A DNA stretch of 64,000 nt, taken from positions 237,866-301,865 of the forward strand of contig JAAOMT010000514.1 in NCBI GenBank assembly GCA_016748015.1, written 5' to 3'. The stretch's first letter is position 1. Each line of letters opens with the position of its first letter. A model generated the notes under the pieces. That model did not search any database. It was given only the letters and a program-made list of their open reading frames with translations, and was not told where the DNA came from. This document shows positions 1 through 12,869 of this stretch, one piece after another. This stretch comes from Geosiphon pyriformis uo1. Lineage: Eukaryota; Fungi; Glomeromycota. The position numbers and the translations under genes were made by a program.

Positions 1-390
1 AAATAATCTATTAAAATTAATTTTTTGTTTTTTACTTAATTTGCTTTTTTATTAAAAATTAATTTAATAAACAATTTCAAAATTTTTAAACCTCGCTTTT
101 TAAACAAATATTTAATTAAATATTATACTTTTTATATTATATATTTTTTTAATCAAGCTTATTTTGAAGATTTTTTTGAAAAAAAAAACAATAATATTAA
201 TTGATTTTTATATTTTATAATTTTTAAACAATTATTATCTAATTTTAAATATCTAAATTATTAAATTTATTTTTAAACAGCTGTTTATTAACTATTTAAA
301 CTTTTTTTAAAACAAAAAAAAAGTTTTTAAACTGTTTTTATATTTAATTTTTTTTTAAATAAATTAGATTTTTTTACAAAAATTGTTACT
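1..390 (+). mobile_element. Heavily AT-degraded relic of family A gypsy gag 5' region
   Basis: Colinear with 2490-2900 and with the reverse complement of 11470-11880, with most G/C changed to A/T. Confidence 0.6.
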
Positions 391-419
391 TTTAAACTAA
401 TAACTATTATTATAAATAA

Positions 420-800
420 AATTAATAGGATAAGATTGTAACTTTTGGTGCTTGTAATTTAATAATAAAAACTAATTAAATATAGATATGATTGTTTTTT
501 TGACTATATTAATTATTAATTTCTAAAATCTTTCTTATCTAAAGTTATATTTACTAAGTTTTTTTGTTATAAAACACAGAGTTTTGATTTTTTTAATTGG
601 GCTGTTGTAGTTATATTTGTTTCTGAGCTAGTGAGCATAGTTATTAAAATCTGATATTATCTTTTTATTTTTTTAGTAAGCTAATAAAATAAAATTAATA
701 TTTAAACTTAAAGAAAACTTTTTTTTTACCAAACTATTATAAAATCTATTTCCAAATAATTAATTTTCAATGTTGCTGCTTTACAAAAAAAAAGAAAAAA
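420..800 (-). mobile_element. Degraded fragment of family D LTR
   Basis: 640-800 matches 5610-5652 joined to 12609-12720, i.e. the uninterrupted version of that sequence. Confidence 0.55.
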
Positions 801-873
801 GAAAAATATTTAAATTATATATAAGTAATTTGAATAAAAAAATTTTATTGAAATAGTTTACAAATATATATAA

Positions 874-1673
874 TATTACAAATGATTATTTAAAATATTA
901 AAACAAATAACAAATTCGTAACTTGGTGCTTAATAGCTGGTAATATTGGTAATTTCTGAAGGTTTTGGTTAAGTTTTTTGTATAATAAACAAAAATTCAA
1001 TTGATGATTTCTTTTGTGAATTTTTTTCTTTAATATAATAACTAGTTTATTTTAACAGTTATGCCTTTTTAATAAACTATCCTTAAATTTTTACTTTTGT
1101 TTTTGGGTTTTTTACTAGACTATTCTTGATGTTAATTACTCAACACTTAATCTCTTTAATCAATTAGTAAACAACAAAAAAATAAAACAAAATAAAAAAA
1201 ATAAAAATAAAAATAAAAAATAAAAAATTAGTATTTTGTCAATAATTGTAATTAAAAGCTATTAATCTAGTGTGATTAAGTATTAGATTCTATCAACACT
1301 CCATGTTGATAGTAACAAAAGTAATTAATATTCTTAATCAAGTAATAATAACATAAGTTTGATGCTAATTAGATATTTTATTAATATTAATAAGTTTTTA
1401 TTTTAAGTTATAAAAAATTATTTTTTAAAAGGAAAGATAGAAGTAAGTAATTATTATTAGCTACTGTTTTATTTGAGTCGAATTTTGTTTTTTTCTGTTT
1501 TTAATACTCTTGCTATATCTACATAATTTGTGTTATATAAGATTCTTGGGAATCCTGCAATTTTTTAAAAAAAATTCTAGAATTCTGGAATCTTGCAATT
1601 CCTTATTTTACTATACCTATTTCTAATTGGCTATTTTACTTATTATTATAATTCTTAATTTTTATGAATAACA
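874..1673 (-). mobile_element. Solo LTR, family B-like (degraded)
   Basis: TATTACA...GAATAACA termini match the B LTR ends (TGTTACA...GAGTAACA). Flanks are ATAA/ATGA, a 4-bp TSD with one G>A change. Confidence 0.7.
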
Positions 1674-1734
1674 ATGATAAAATTGATTTTAAGCTAAAAT
1701 TAAGATATTAAAAAAAAAATAACTTTTTTTTTTA

Positions 1735-4700
1735 TTATCTGTTAAAACTATTTGTTTTTATAAATTAGCCATTAATATTATATAATTAGCCACCCTATTT
1801 TTAAATAGTAATCATTGATTTGATTAATAACTTAATTATTAACCTAATCTTTGATTATTTTTAATAGCTATATAAGCAATAAATTTCTTAGCTATAAAAA
1901 AACATGTAAAAAATCAAAAAAAATAAAACAATATTTATTAATTTAATTTTTCTTTTATTACTTGTTTTTCTTTTTCTCATTTTTTACTTTCAAGTATTTG
2001 AACATTTTAGAATAAAAAATTGCTTGTTGGCATTTACTTACTTTTTTCTGATCTGTATAATTGTAGTATTTAAAAATTATTAAATAAAATATAATCGAAA
2101 AATACATCTGATACTTGATATTAAATTCTAAAAACATTAACATAAGACATAGAATTATACTAGTGTGTTATTATTTTTTGATAGTATAAACTATTCCTTT
2201 ATCTTTAGATTTTTCAGTTATTTTTTAAAAAAAATAGCTACTGAAATATTTTATAAGACTAATTTCATTTATTGAATTTAATTTGTTCTTTGAATTTGAA
2301 TTTTTTTTGATCTATTCTATTACCTTATAATTTTGTTTTCTTTTGTTATTTGTTAACTTGTTACTCTAATTTATAATATAAAAGTAGTATTTCTTGGGAA
2401 GTTGTTAAAATTCACTTTGTTTTTTATTATATAAGTAATTATTTATACTTACTATAACAATCAGAAAAATACTTTGCAGTACACAATAAAAACAACCTAA
2501 ATTTTATTGAACTTAATTCTCTGTTTTCTTGCTTGATCTGTTTTTCTGTTAAAAAACAATTTAGTAGACAATTCCAAGATTTTTAAAACTGGTTTTTAAA
2601 CAAGTATTTAACTAAAACCTATACAATCTATATAATCTATTTTTTTTAATTAAGTTTACTTTGAAAAAACTCTTAAAAAAAACAACTATATTAATTAACT
2701 TTTATATTTAACAATTTTTGACCAACAGTCTTCTGATTTCGAATATTTAAATCATTAAATCCATATCTGAATTGTTGTTCATTAGTTAATTAGAACTTTT
2801 TTTGAAAAAAAGAAGAAATTTACCAAACTGCTTTTGTTTTTGATCTTTTTTTAAGTAAATTAAATTATTTTACACAAACAGCTGTTTCTAAACCAATGAC
2901 TGTTAACCTTATACAAATAAATATTCTGGCTGTTTTTAAGATATACAAACTGTTTTAAGGCAAAGAAACAACACACTACTACTTTTATTCAAAAATAATA
3001 TATAAAATCCAATTAAATAATTAAATAATTTTGAAAAAGCAGCAACTGTTAATTAATATAATACTGAATACAAGTTCCAAATTATTGGTGGTTATCTTTA
3101 AGACTCTTCTGCTATTTGGTTTTCACAAAAAACCAATACTAATATTCATTAAAAAATTATTAAATAGATATTAGCAAATACTAGAAAAAATAACACATTT
3201 TTTATTATCTGATTTGAAAAAAATTCAGAACTTCAATCTTAATATCCAAGTGGCACATAAAATTGAAAAAAGAATCCAAGGCCCAAAAAATATAATAACT
3301 AAATATGCTAAAGCAATAAGAAAGTTAATCAAATAGGTAAATTCTGAAAAAAACTGAACAGAAAAACAAAAAATTTACTTCTTTACAAAAAAATTAAAAA
3401 CTGATCTATTATATGTTTTTTGGTCTTTTTTGGTTTTAAAAAATAATTTTACTATAAATATAACTATTAAACTTGTTTAAAAAATTGAAGATAACCAAAG
3501 AATACATTTAGAATTTATTTTTTTAGTTTTTTTTCTTGCTTTTATTATGGCTTCTGCTTTTCAAATAGCTGCTATTTTTTTTGCTATTTAAACTCAAAAT
3601 CCAAATAAACAATTAATAAATAGACTTACAGCTAATTTTGTTTGGGTATTAAAGCCTTTGGCACAAACAGTTAGAGATAACCAGCAATTACAAAGACTTA
3701 AATTTAAATTATGCTTTAATTAGCTTTAACAACCACCATATTAAAGACAGCAAAATTGTGATCCATTTGTGTATTATTATTGTAGATTAACTAAACATTT
3801 TTTAAAAGACCTGCAACAATTTTTTTTTTCTTTTCCAGTTTCTAAAAACAATAATATTCAGAATAACAAATTCAACAATAATAATATTTTTAATCAAAGA
3901 CCTAATTATGCTGATATTAATTTTTTTAAAGAAAATTTTTTAGTTAAAACCACTGTTTATTAGCTTTTAAATTGATAAATGCACCTTTAAAAGATAAAAA
4001 TACAAGCCAATTAGAAAAAAATTTTTTTTATATTTTTAATCTAATTAATAATAACCATGACATTATTACAGATAATTATTTAGAGTGTTAGAACAAATAA
4101 TAAACCTGTAATTTAGTGCTCAATAACTTGGTAATAATAGTAATTTCTGAAGATTTTGGAGTCTAAAGGTTTTGGTTAAGTTTTTTATATAATGAACAAA
4201 GATTTAATTGATGGTTTCTTTCATAAATTTTTTTCTTTAGCATGATGACTGGTTTAATTTGATAATTGTGCTCTTCTGATAAGCTATTTTTAAATTTTTA
4301 CATTCATTTCTGGGTCTTTTACTAAGCTATTTTTGATGTTAAATACTTAGTATTTAATCTTTTTAATTAATTGAGCAAACAACAAAAAATAAAAACAAAT
4401 TAAAATAAAAAATAAAAAAAATAAAAAAAAAATAAAAAAAAAAAATAAGAAATTATTATTTTATTATAACTATAATCAAAAGCTATTGATTTAGTATGGT
4501 TAAGTGTTAAATTCTATCAACACTCTATATTAATAGAGTAAAAATGATTAATATTTCTTAATCAAATAATAATAACATAGATTTAAATAATAATTGATAT
4601 TTTATTGAGATATAATTTAATTTTACTTTAAGTTATAGAAAACTACTTTTTAAAAAGAAGAGTATTGAATAATTAATAAGTTCTAACTAATTGTTGGTAT

Positions 4701-5374
4701 TGATTTTGTCTTTTTTGTTTCTAATAATTTTGCTATATATACATATTTCTTATTATATAAGATCTTATATTTTCTTGAGCAATGTGCCCAACAATGTGTT
4801 CATTGTTAAGCAATATGCCATAATTTTCTGACAATATGTATATTGCTAAGCAGTATATTATAATTTACTAACAATATACATATTATTGAGTAATGTGTCA
4901 TAATTTCTGATATTATGTTCACTCACTAAGTATTATTTTTCTATTAATTTATTTTTCTATCTGTTTTTTCTACTTTTTTATAAGTAACAACATAGATAAA
5001 TTAACTATCAACTTCTCTGAATTTACAAAAAAAAAAGAAAAAAACTAAGATTAATTTTGCCCTAAATTTCAACAAAGTCTCAATTTCTACTGCTAATAAC
5101 AATAAGTTACCAAAGACTAAAGTTTTTAAAAATTCTTCAAAGTTGAAATTCTCAAAGATAATACAAAAATCTGGTATTTTATTGTTAAGATCTTATGAAA
5201 ACTCTAGCTCATATTATTTTTAGCAAGCTAATGATTCATCTACAATTTAAAAAAAATTTTGCAAATTCTTAATTCTAAAAAAAAAACATTAAAAACCAAC
5301 AAATATTCTTGTCAAGCTAGATTCATTGACAATAGTAATGTTATTTTTTTAATTTGCAAAGCCTAAGTAGCTGG
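1735..5374 (+). mobile_element. Degraded family A gypsy element, 5' part (LTR ~1735-2378, PBS, gag, start of pol), interrupted by a solo B LTR and cut by the D LTR
   Basis: LTR followed by TAAAAG-TAGTATTTC (degraded PBS). Zinc knuckle remnant YYCRLTKHFLKD and RPNYADINFF match the gag of 10388-10969. Pol resumes after 4993. Confidence 0.75.
4064..4989 (-). mobile_element. Solo LTR, family B
   Basis: TATTACA...AAGTAACA with exact TSD ACAT (4060-4063 / 4990-4993). Contains the ATTGCTNAGCAAT repeats. Confidence 0.85.
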
Positions 5375-5652
5375 TGTTATAGATAAACTTGGCAGGATAT
5401 AGTAATAATGTTTGGTGCTCTATTTTTGGGTTATCTTTTAAAGTTGTCTGCTTTTTCTGCCATGTCAGTGTTATCAGTTTCTGAAGATCTATTTCTGAAT
5501 GTGAATTTACCCATTGAGTTTTTTGGTTATAAGGCACAGAGTTTGTTTTTCATCAATTGTAATGTTTTCCATAATTGTAAGTTTTCTTCTCTGCACTAAT
5601 AAGTGCAGTTGTTAGGGTCCAACATTGTCTTTTTACTCTTTTGGTAAACTAC
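5375..5652 (-). mobile_element. Family D LTR, piece 1 of 3 (continues 12609-13267 and 34100-34228)
   Basis: Starts TGTTATAG exactly where family A pol (ICKA*VAG) breaks off. Continuity across the insertions is shown by TSDs and by the copy at 420-800. Strand inferred from layout similarity to the B LTR. Confidence 0.6.
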
Positions 5653-6294
5653 TGTTACGGGTTGAAGTAACAAGCTAACAGATAGCAAGGGAGAACAGTA
5701 TTGTATGGTGATAGAAATAAACAAAGAAGGAATTACAATAAGGGAGCGAATTGAATAAGTAGGAATTCAATGTGCGTGATCAGTCTCATAAAAATCACAG
5801 TTGCTAATCTTTTCTTAAATCTAAAGATAGAGAAATAGTCCGTGATTGTCAACAAGATAACACCACTGCTATTATTCTATGCCTCAACTTGGCGATTCTT
5901 AGAATTAATAACAGGTATTGTTGTGCTTTTCAATCGTTTCTTTATTCAATGAGTTACAAGAACAAGCCAATTGCTTCTCAGGCTAATTCTAATAAATACA
6001 AATCAAGAAGGGGAAAAGATAAGATACGTGAATGCCAACAAGTAGATACTTGAAGGTAAGGAAAGGGGAATAAGCGATTATGAGAGGAAGTAATTAATAT
6101 TGTTTATTTCATTACTTTGATCATGTCTTTCTACAGTTAAAGGAATCATCGCTTATATAGCTATCTAAAGTGGTCAACGGTCAGGTCATTGATCAGGTCA
6201 ATGATCACTATCTAAAAATAGGATGGCTAATTATATGACATCATTGGTTAATACATGTGATAATTAATAAAAACTATGTGTTTCAACCATAACA
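5653..6294 (-). repeat. 3' LTR of family A element
   Basis: Direct repeat of 11991-12608, differing by transitions and a 24-bp indel. Confidence 0.95.
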
Positions 6295-6535
6295 TCATCC
6301 TCTCCAAAGAGATTGAGCTCTGGCGAAATCAAACTATTTATGGGATAGTCTATGTGAAGGGTTTTGTCTAACTCAAAACTAACTAGTTTGTTGAAGTCTT
6401 TTGTGGATAGAGTATATAGTACTTGAGGCGAAATAAGCTTTGTATCCAAGAGACCAAATCTTTGTATAAGAGTTCTGGCTCTTCTTGCAATGGTCAAAAC
6501 TCTTGGGACATCTAAATGTATAATGCCCAAAATTT
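6264..6535 (-). pseudogene. Family A ORF3, C-terminal part (rest lost in N gap)
   Basis: ILGIIHLDVPRVLTIARRARTLIQRF...NLFGEDDVMVETHSFY runs through the PPT into the LTR. A longer homolog is at 41749-42404. Confidence 0.7.
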
Positions 6536-6795
6536 NNNNNNNNNNNNNNNNNNNNNNNNNNNNNNNNNNNNNNNNNNNNNNNNNNNNNNNNNNNNNNNNN
6601 NNNNNNNNNNNNNNNNNNNNNNNNNNNNNNNNNNNNNNNNNNNNNNNNNNNNNNNNNNNNNNNNNNNNNNNNNNNNNNNNNNNNNNNNNNNNNNNNNNNN
6701 NNNNNNNNNNNNNNNNNNNNNNNNNNNNNNNNNNNNNNNNNNNNNNNNNNNNNNNNNNNNNNNNNNNNNNNNNNNNNNNNNNNNNNNNNNNNNNN

Positions 6796-7990
6796 AAGAT
6801 ATAAGAACCATTGTTCAAAACTTTGTTGACTATAAAGGATCCTTTCCACTGGCTAAAGAATTTATCACCATAGACATTGTCTCTGTCTGAACAGTATTCC
6901 AAAACTAAGTCACCAACACTTAAGGAAAGTGTTTTATAAGTCTTTTTCTTTTTGAGCTTCTCTTGGAACTGTTTTATCTTTTTAAAGGCAATTATCCGTG
7001 CTTCTACCAATGAGTCAAGAATAGTACCAAGTCTTCTTTGCAAAATGTCCTTGTAATTTCCTATTGTTATTTCTTCAAAAGGTATTGTTTCTATATCTAT
7101 TTCTATTGGTAGAGTTGCCATTCGTCCATAGAGCAGATAAAAGGGTTCATAACTTGTTATGTCATGATTCACAGTTCTGTAAGCAAACAAGGCTGAAGAC
7201 AATACTTTGTCCCATAGGTTGGTTTCTTTACTGGTTTTGGCTAGGGTTTCACATAGTGTTCTATTGAAACGTTCCACTAAGCCATTTGTTTGAGGGTAAT
7301 AAGAGGAAGAGAGTTTATGATGTATTCCCATTTTTCTGCAAAGTTCTTCAACCAGTGTACTAAGAAAAGCTCTTCTTCTATCAGATAAAAGTTCTTTGGG
7401 GCAGCCGTGGCAACAGATAATATCTTCATAAATGAAATTGGCAATTGAGACTGCTGTTTAATCTGGGGTGGCTCTTGCTTCTACCCACTTTGTAAGATAG
7501 TCGGTAGCTGTGATAATGTATCTGTTGCCATCAAGAGTTACTGTTAAAGGTCCAACAACATCTATACCAATTCTATCAAATGGTTGACCAACAGAGATTG
7601 GATGGATATCTTCCTTGCGATTGGGTTTTCCTCTTCTTTGGCAGATATTACAGATTTTGATGTATTCAGCAATATCTTTTCCCAAGGTAGGCCAATAATA
7701 GTGAGCTAAAGTTTTCTGAATTGTTTTTGTTTTTTCAAAGTGTCCAGCTAATGGATCAGTGTGCATATTGTAGATCACAATTTCTCTTTCTTCAAATCTA
7801 ATGACTTTCTGAGGATGGTCAGGATCTTTTCTATTTCTTTTATATAACTAGTTCTGGCAAATCAAATAGAAATTTGATTGTTTGCGCAAATATTCTCTTT
7901 GCTGTCGAGTATAGTCCGGCGGGTGTTGTCCTTTACCTAAAAATTTCATTAAAGCAGAATAGTTGTCTAAGTCCATTATTATGTTTGTTT
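6796..7990 (-). pseudogene. Gypsy integrase (family A)
   Basis: H-x6-H...C-x2-C zinc motif, DVVGPL, DYLTKW, YPQTNGLVERFNRTL, GPY/F-like WKGSF. Contains stops. Confidence 0.92.
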
Positions 7991-8041
7991 GTAGAGGAGT
8001 TACAAATAATTAAGTTGGTTTGGTTTGAAAGGGTTTTACTA

Positions 8042-9595
8042 TCACTGAATGGTAAGTCTGGAGAGAGCATCAGCGTTTTGATGATTAGCTTCTTTGTGAT
8101 GTTGAATGTCATAGTCAAATTCGTCCAAGTGGAATATCCAGCGAGTTATCCGTTTATGTTCCAGGTTTCTTTTGTTGCGTAGCCAAACCAAAGCTTGGTG
8201 ATTTGTTACCACCAAAAATTTTACACCCTTAAGATATTTGTCCCAGTAACTGGTAGCCCAAACTACTGCTAAGCATTCCTGCTCAGTAACTGAGTAGTTC
8301 CTTTCTGCTGGTGTGAGAGTTTTACTGGTATATGCTACGGCGTGTTCTCTGTTATCTTCATCTTTTTGGGAAAGAACAGCACCAAGTCCATAGCCAGATG
8401 CATCAGTGTGGAGAATAAAAGGTTGATCCAAATTAGGTTGCATGAGGATGGGTTCTGTAACCAGTTTTTCCTTCAGAATTTCAAATGCTTTTTGTTGATG
8501 AGTGCCCTAGTGATAATTGATGTTTTTCCTAAGTAGCTGATTGAGAGGAGCAGCAATTTTGGAGAAATCCTTGACAAACTTGCGATAATAAGAGGCCAAA
8601 CCAAGAAAAGAGTGTAGTTCATGAACATTTATTGGTTGTCTAATGTTTTAAACTTTTTCAATTTTGGCTGGATCAGGGAAGATTCCATCTTTTGTAATAA
8701 GATGGCCAAGGAACTGGGTGGATTAATGTCCAAAGAATGATTTGATTGGATTGATCTTGAGACCAGTATTTCTAAGAAAATCAAAAACCTTTTGCAAATG
8801 TTCAAGATGTTCATCCCAGGTTTTTGAGTACACCATTATGTCATCCAAGTAGACTAGAACAAAGTTTTCTTTTACTGATTCAAATACTTTGTCTATTAAG
8901 TGTTGAAATGTGGGAGGAGCATTTGTGAGACCAAAAAGCATGACTGTGAATTCGTAGGTACCATACTTGGTAATAAAGGCAGTTTTCTTTCTGCTTTCTG
9001 GATCCATCTCTACTTGCCAGAATCCAGCAGTTAAGTTAATGGTTGAGAAGAAAGTGGCACTATGGAATTGGTCTAGCATTGCATCAATCTTAAGAAGTGG
9101 GTACATGTCTCTTTTAGTAATAACATTTAATTGGTGATAGTCAACACAAAAGCGTAGGGTTCCTCTTTTTTTGGATACCACTACAACTGGGAATGTTCAT
9201 TCACTCTTGGTTTTCTGTATGAATCCAAGGGTTTTTATTCGGGTTATTTCCTTTTTGATAAACTCATCATTGCGTTGGTTGGATTGATAGGGCTTCAAAT
9301 GGATGGGGCGAGTTTCTCTGATGATAATGGTGTGTTGTATCACATGTGTACATCCAGGAGGTTCACTTTCTTTTGAGATAACTGGGCTGTTTCTAGCCAG
9401 CAGGTTTTCAATGTCTACTTTTCTTTCTTCTGAAGAGGGTTTTCTTTGTTTTACAACCAGTGATTGGATTTCAGGTGGTTTGTTTTCAAAGGACTTTTGG
9501 ACTTCTTTTATTTCCTCTTGGGGTATCAAGCTGATTGGTTCCCAATCTTTGTAATAGATCAGGCAGAACATGCATTCATTGCTAGAAGAATACAA
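8042..9595 (-). pseudogene. Gypsy reverse transcriptase and RNase H (family A)
   Basis: LRFCVDY, KTAFIT, FGLTNAP, VYLDD, HTDASGYGLGAVLSQ, NADALSR. Confidence 0.95.
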
Positions 9596-9631
9596 TGGTT
9601 TGTCACACCAGCACCAGGCACAAGGACCATG

Positions 9632-10239
9632 TCACCAATAACTGTATTTGGCTTTCTTACCTGGCTTTCTGTCAAAGGTTCTTCTGAGCATGTCATAATA
9701 AGGCCAGCAGATCAGCTTGCCATTGACAATAATTCCTTCTTTATCTGCCTTGACATTATCCAGTGGTTTGCCATTGCTAGTGAAGATGGTATAGGCGAGT
9801 TCAGCAGTTTCTTTTTGTTCTTCTTCTTCCTCACTTTCTTCATCATCTGATTTATCTGATTCATTTTCTTCTGGGCTCTGCTTGGGTACTGGGGGAGTTG
9901 TCCAATGGTGACACTTAACCACAGTGGGTTTCTCACCACATCTGATGGTTAGTTCACAGAGTTCATAATCAAGCAAAGCCTTTGCTTTCTTGAGCCATTC
10001 ATTGCCAACAATGATGGTGTATTCTTTTGCTTCAGACATTTCTATATCAGTTTCAATGCTGATGCCATTAATGTGAACAAGAATAGCTTTGGCTATGCCA
10101 AGCCCTTTTTTCTTATCACCATGCACATTGGTCATTGGTCGTGTAGATAGTTCATCAATTTTTCTGCCAATTGCTTCAAGAAAGTGTTTGGCAATAATAC
10201 TAACAGATAATCCACTGTCTAGAATCAAATCAATGAAGT
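9632..10239 (-). pseudogene. Gypsy aspartic protease plus acidic linker (family A)
   Basis: ILDSG...IIVGNEWL retropepsin motifs. Confidence 0.88.
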
Positions 10240-10387
10240 NNNNNNNNNNNNNNNNNNNNCTTTCTTGTGGATTCAGAGGGGTTGATTGCTAATTCATCCA
10301 TGTCATGGTCATCATTAGTTAAGTTAAAAGCGTAAAAGGGGTTTTCTTCTGGTTGGCTTGCACTCTCACCCTTTGGAGGTGTGCCTA

Positions 10388-11950
10388 CTAGTTTAAAGAC
10401 TGATAAACAGTGGCTTCAACTAGGGGATCCTCTCCAAAGAAATTGATGTTGGCATGATTGGGTCTTTGGTTGGGCATATTGTTGTTGTTGATCCTGTTGT
10501 TCTGAGCATCATTGTTTCTGGGGACTGGTGGAGGCAGTGGAAAATTGTTGCAATCTCTTGAAAAGTGTCCAGTTAATCCACAGCAATAGCATATAGGTGG
10601 GCCACAATTTTGTTGTCTTTGATAAGGTGGTTGCTGGGGCTGATTAAAGTGTGATTCAAATCTGGGTCTTTGTGGTTGCTGATTTTCTCTGACTGCTTGG
10701 GCTAAGGATTCTAATAACTGAGCAAGATTTGCTGTGAGTCTGTCTATTAACTGTTCATTTGGATCTTGAATGTGAGTGGCAAAAAAAGTAGCAGCCATTT
10801 GAGGGGCAGAAGCCATAACAGAAACAGGAGCAAAAACTGGTAGTGTGGATCCCAAGTGCATCCTTTGGTTGTCTTCAATTCTTTGTGCTAATTCAATGGC
10901 CATATCCATGGTGGGATTATCTTTCAGGGCCAGGAGGGGCCAAAAAGCATACGATAGATCAGTTCTCAATCCTTTTGTGAAGGAGTGAATTTTCTGCTCT
11001 TCTGTCCAATTTCTTCCAGTGTCTACTCATTTGATTAACTTTCTGATTGCTTTGGCATATTCGGTTACAATTTCACCGGGACTTTGGGTTCTTCTTTCCA
11101 ATTCTATACATCATTTTGATATTAATATTGGGGTTCTGAATTTGTTTTCAAACCGGGTAGTGAAAGAAGTGTTGATTTCTCTCACATTTGCTAGTGTCTA
11201 TCTAACAATTCTTTGCTGGGCATTGGCATCTGTTTCTTGTGAGAACCAGGTAGCAGGAGATCCTTAAAGGTAGCCACCAACAATTTGGAACTTGTACTTA
11301 TTATCATATTGATTGGCTGTAGCAGCTCTTTCAAAGTCATCCAATCATTCAATTGGATCTTGTGCATCACCTCTAAATAATGGTATTGGGGTGTTGTTTC
11401 TTTGCCCTAGAGCAGTTTGTATACTTTGGAGGGCGGCCAGAATGTTTGCTTGTATGGGGTCATTAGCCATTGGTTCAGAAGTAACTGTTTGTGTAGATGA
11501 GTCTGATTTGCTTGATAAAAGATCAAAAACAGGGGCAGTTTGGTAGCTTTCTTCTTCTGTTTCAAAAGGAGTTTCAGTTGCTTGATGGACAGCAATTTAA
11601 ATGTGGATTTGATGATTCAGATATTCAAAATCAGGGGGCTGTTGTTCAAAGGTTGCAGAATATAAGAGCTGATTGATACTGTTGTTTCTTTCTTCAAAGT
11701 CGTTTTTAAAATAAGCTTGGTCAAAGTAATAGGTTGTATAAGCTGTGTAGGTTTCAGCTGAATGCTCATTCAGGAATCAGTTCCAAAAGTCTTGGAATTG
11801 TTTACTGGATTGTTCTTCAAGGGAGAAGCAGATCAAGCAGGAGGGCAGAGGATTAAGTTCAATAAAACTTTGGTCGTTTCTGTTGTGTGCTGCAAAGTAT
11901 TCTTCTGATTGCTGTGGCAGATATGAGTAATCATCTATACAATGAGGGAA
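10388..11950 (-). pseudogene. Gypsy gag (family A)
   Basis: Capsid-like PLFRGDAQDPIE.LDDFERAA and CCHC knuckle CYCCGLTGHFSRDC. Confidence 0.88.
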
Positions 11951-11968
11951 TAAGTGAATTTTGACAAC

Positions 11969-11984
11969 CTCACAGGGAGCACCA
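11969..11984 (-). promoter_or_regulatory. Primer binding site TGGTGCTCCCTGTGAG (probably tRNA-Ile(UAU))
   Basis: Complement CTCACAGGGAGCACCA resembles eukaryotic tRNA-Ile(UAU) 3' ends (...CTCACNNGGAGCA-CCA). Lies 6 nt from the LTR. Confidence 0.75.
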
Positions 11985-11990
11985 CTTTTA

Positions 11991-12608
11991 TGTTACAGGT
12001 TGGAGTAACAAGCTAATGGATAGCAAGGGAGAACAGTATTGTATAGTGATGGAAATAAACAAAGAAGGAATTACAATAAGGGAGCGAATTGAATAAGTAG
12101 GAATTCAATGTGTGTGATCAGTTTCATAAAAATCACAGTCGCTAATCTTTTCTTAAATCTGAAGGTAGAGGAATAGTCCATGATTGTCAACAAAATAACA
12201 CCACTGCTATTATTTTATGCCTCAACTTGGCAATTTTTAGAATCAATAACAGGTATCGTTGTACTTTTCAATCATTTCTTTATTCAATGAATTACAAGAG
12301 CAAGCCAATTGCTTCTCAGGCTAATTCTAACAAATACAAATCAAGAAGGGGAAAAGATAAGGTACATGAATGCCAACAAGTAGATACTTGAAGGTAAGGA
12401 AAGAGAAATAAGTGATTATGAGAGGAAGTAATTAATATTGTTTATTTTGTTACTTTGATCATGTCTTTCTACAGCTAAGGGAATCATTGCTTATATAGCT
12501 ATCTAAAGTGGTCAATGATCACTATCTAAAAATAGGGTGGCTAATTATATGACATCATTGGCTAATACATGTGATAATTAATAAAAACTATGTGTTTCAA
12601 CCATAACA
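11991..12608 (-). repeat. 5' LTR of family A element
   Basis: TG...CA, adjacent PBS, TATA-like TATATAAG near 12490 on the element strand. Confidence 0.95.
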
Positions 12609-12717
12609 CTATCAAGATAACATTAATATCCAAAACTTAGGAGGAACTTCCCTTTTTTACCAGGTTATCACAAAGTCTATTCCAAGACAGTCAATTTTCC
12701 TATGTTGCCACTCTAAA

Positions 12718-12869
<152 letters not shown>

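Larger units (their letters stand above)
5653..12608 (-). mobile_element. Full-length Ty3/gypsy LTR retrotransposon, family A (pseudogenised; gag-PR-RT-RH-IN-ORF3)
   Basis: LTRs 5653-6294 and 11991-12608 (TG...CA). TSD CTAC/CTAT. PBS 11969-11984. PPT GGAGAGGATGA next to 6294. Domain order PR (LDSG), RT (YLDD), RNase H (TDAS), IN. Confidence 0.95.

Noticed and set aside
6264-7331. 355-aa integrase-ORF3 fusion in the ORF track
   Set aside because: Artefact of the N gap 6536-6795. In the copy at 41118-42404, ORF3 has its own ATG downstream of the integrase end.
5653-12608. APOBEC-type strand-specific G>A editing of retro-cDNA
   Set aside because: C>T and G>A both occur on the sense strand, the two LTRs differ from each other, and the DNA transposon is affected too.
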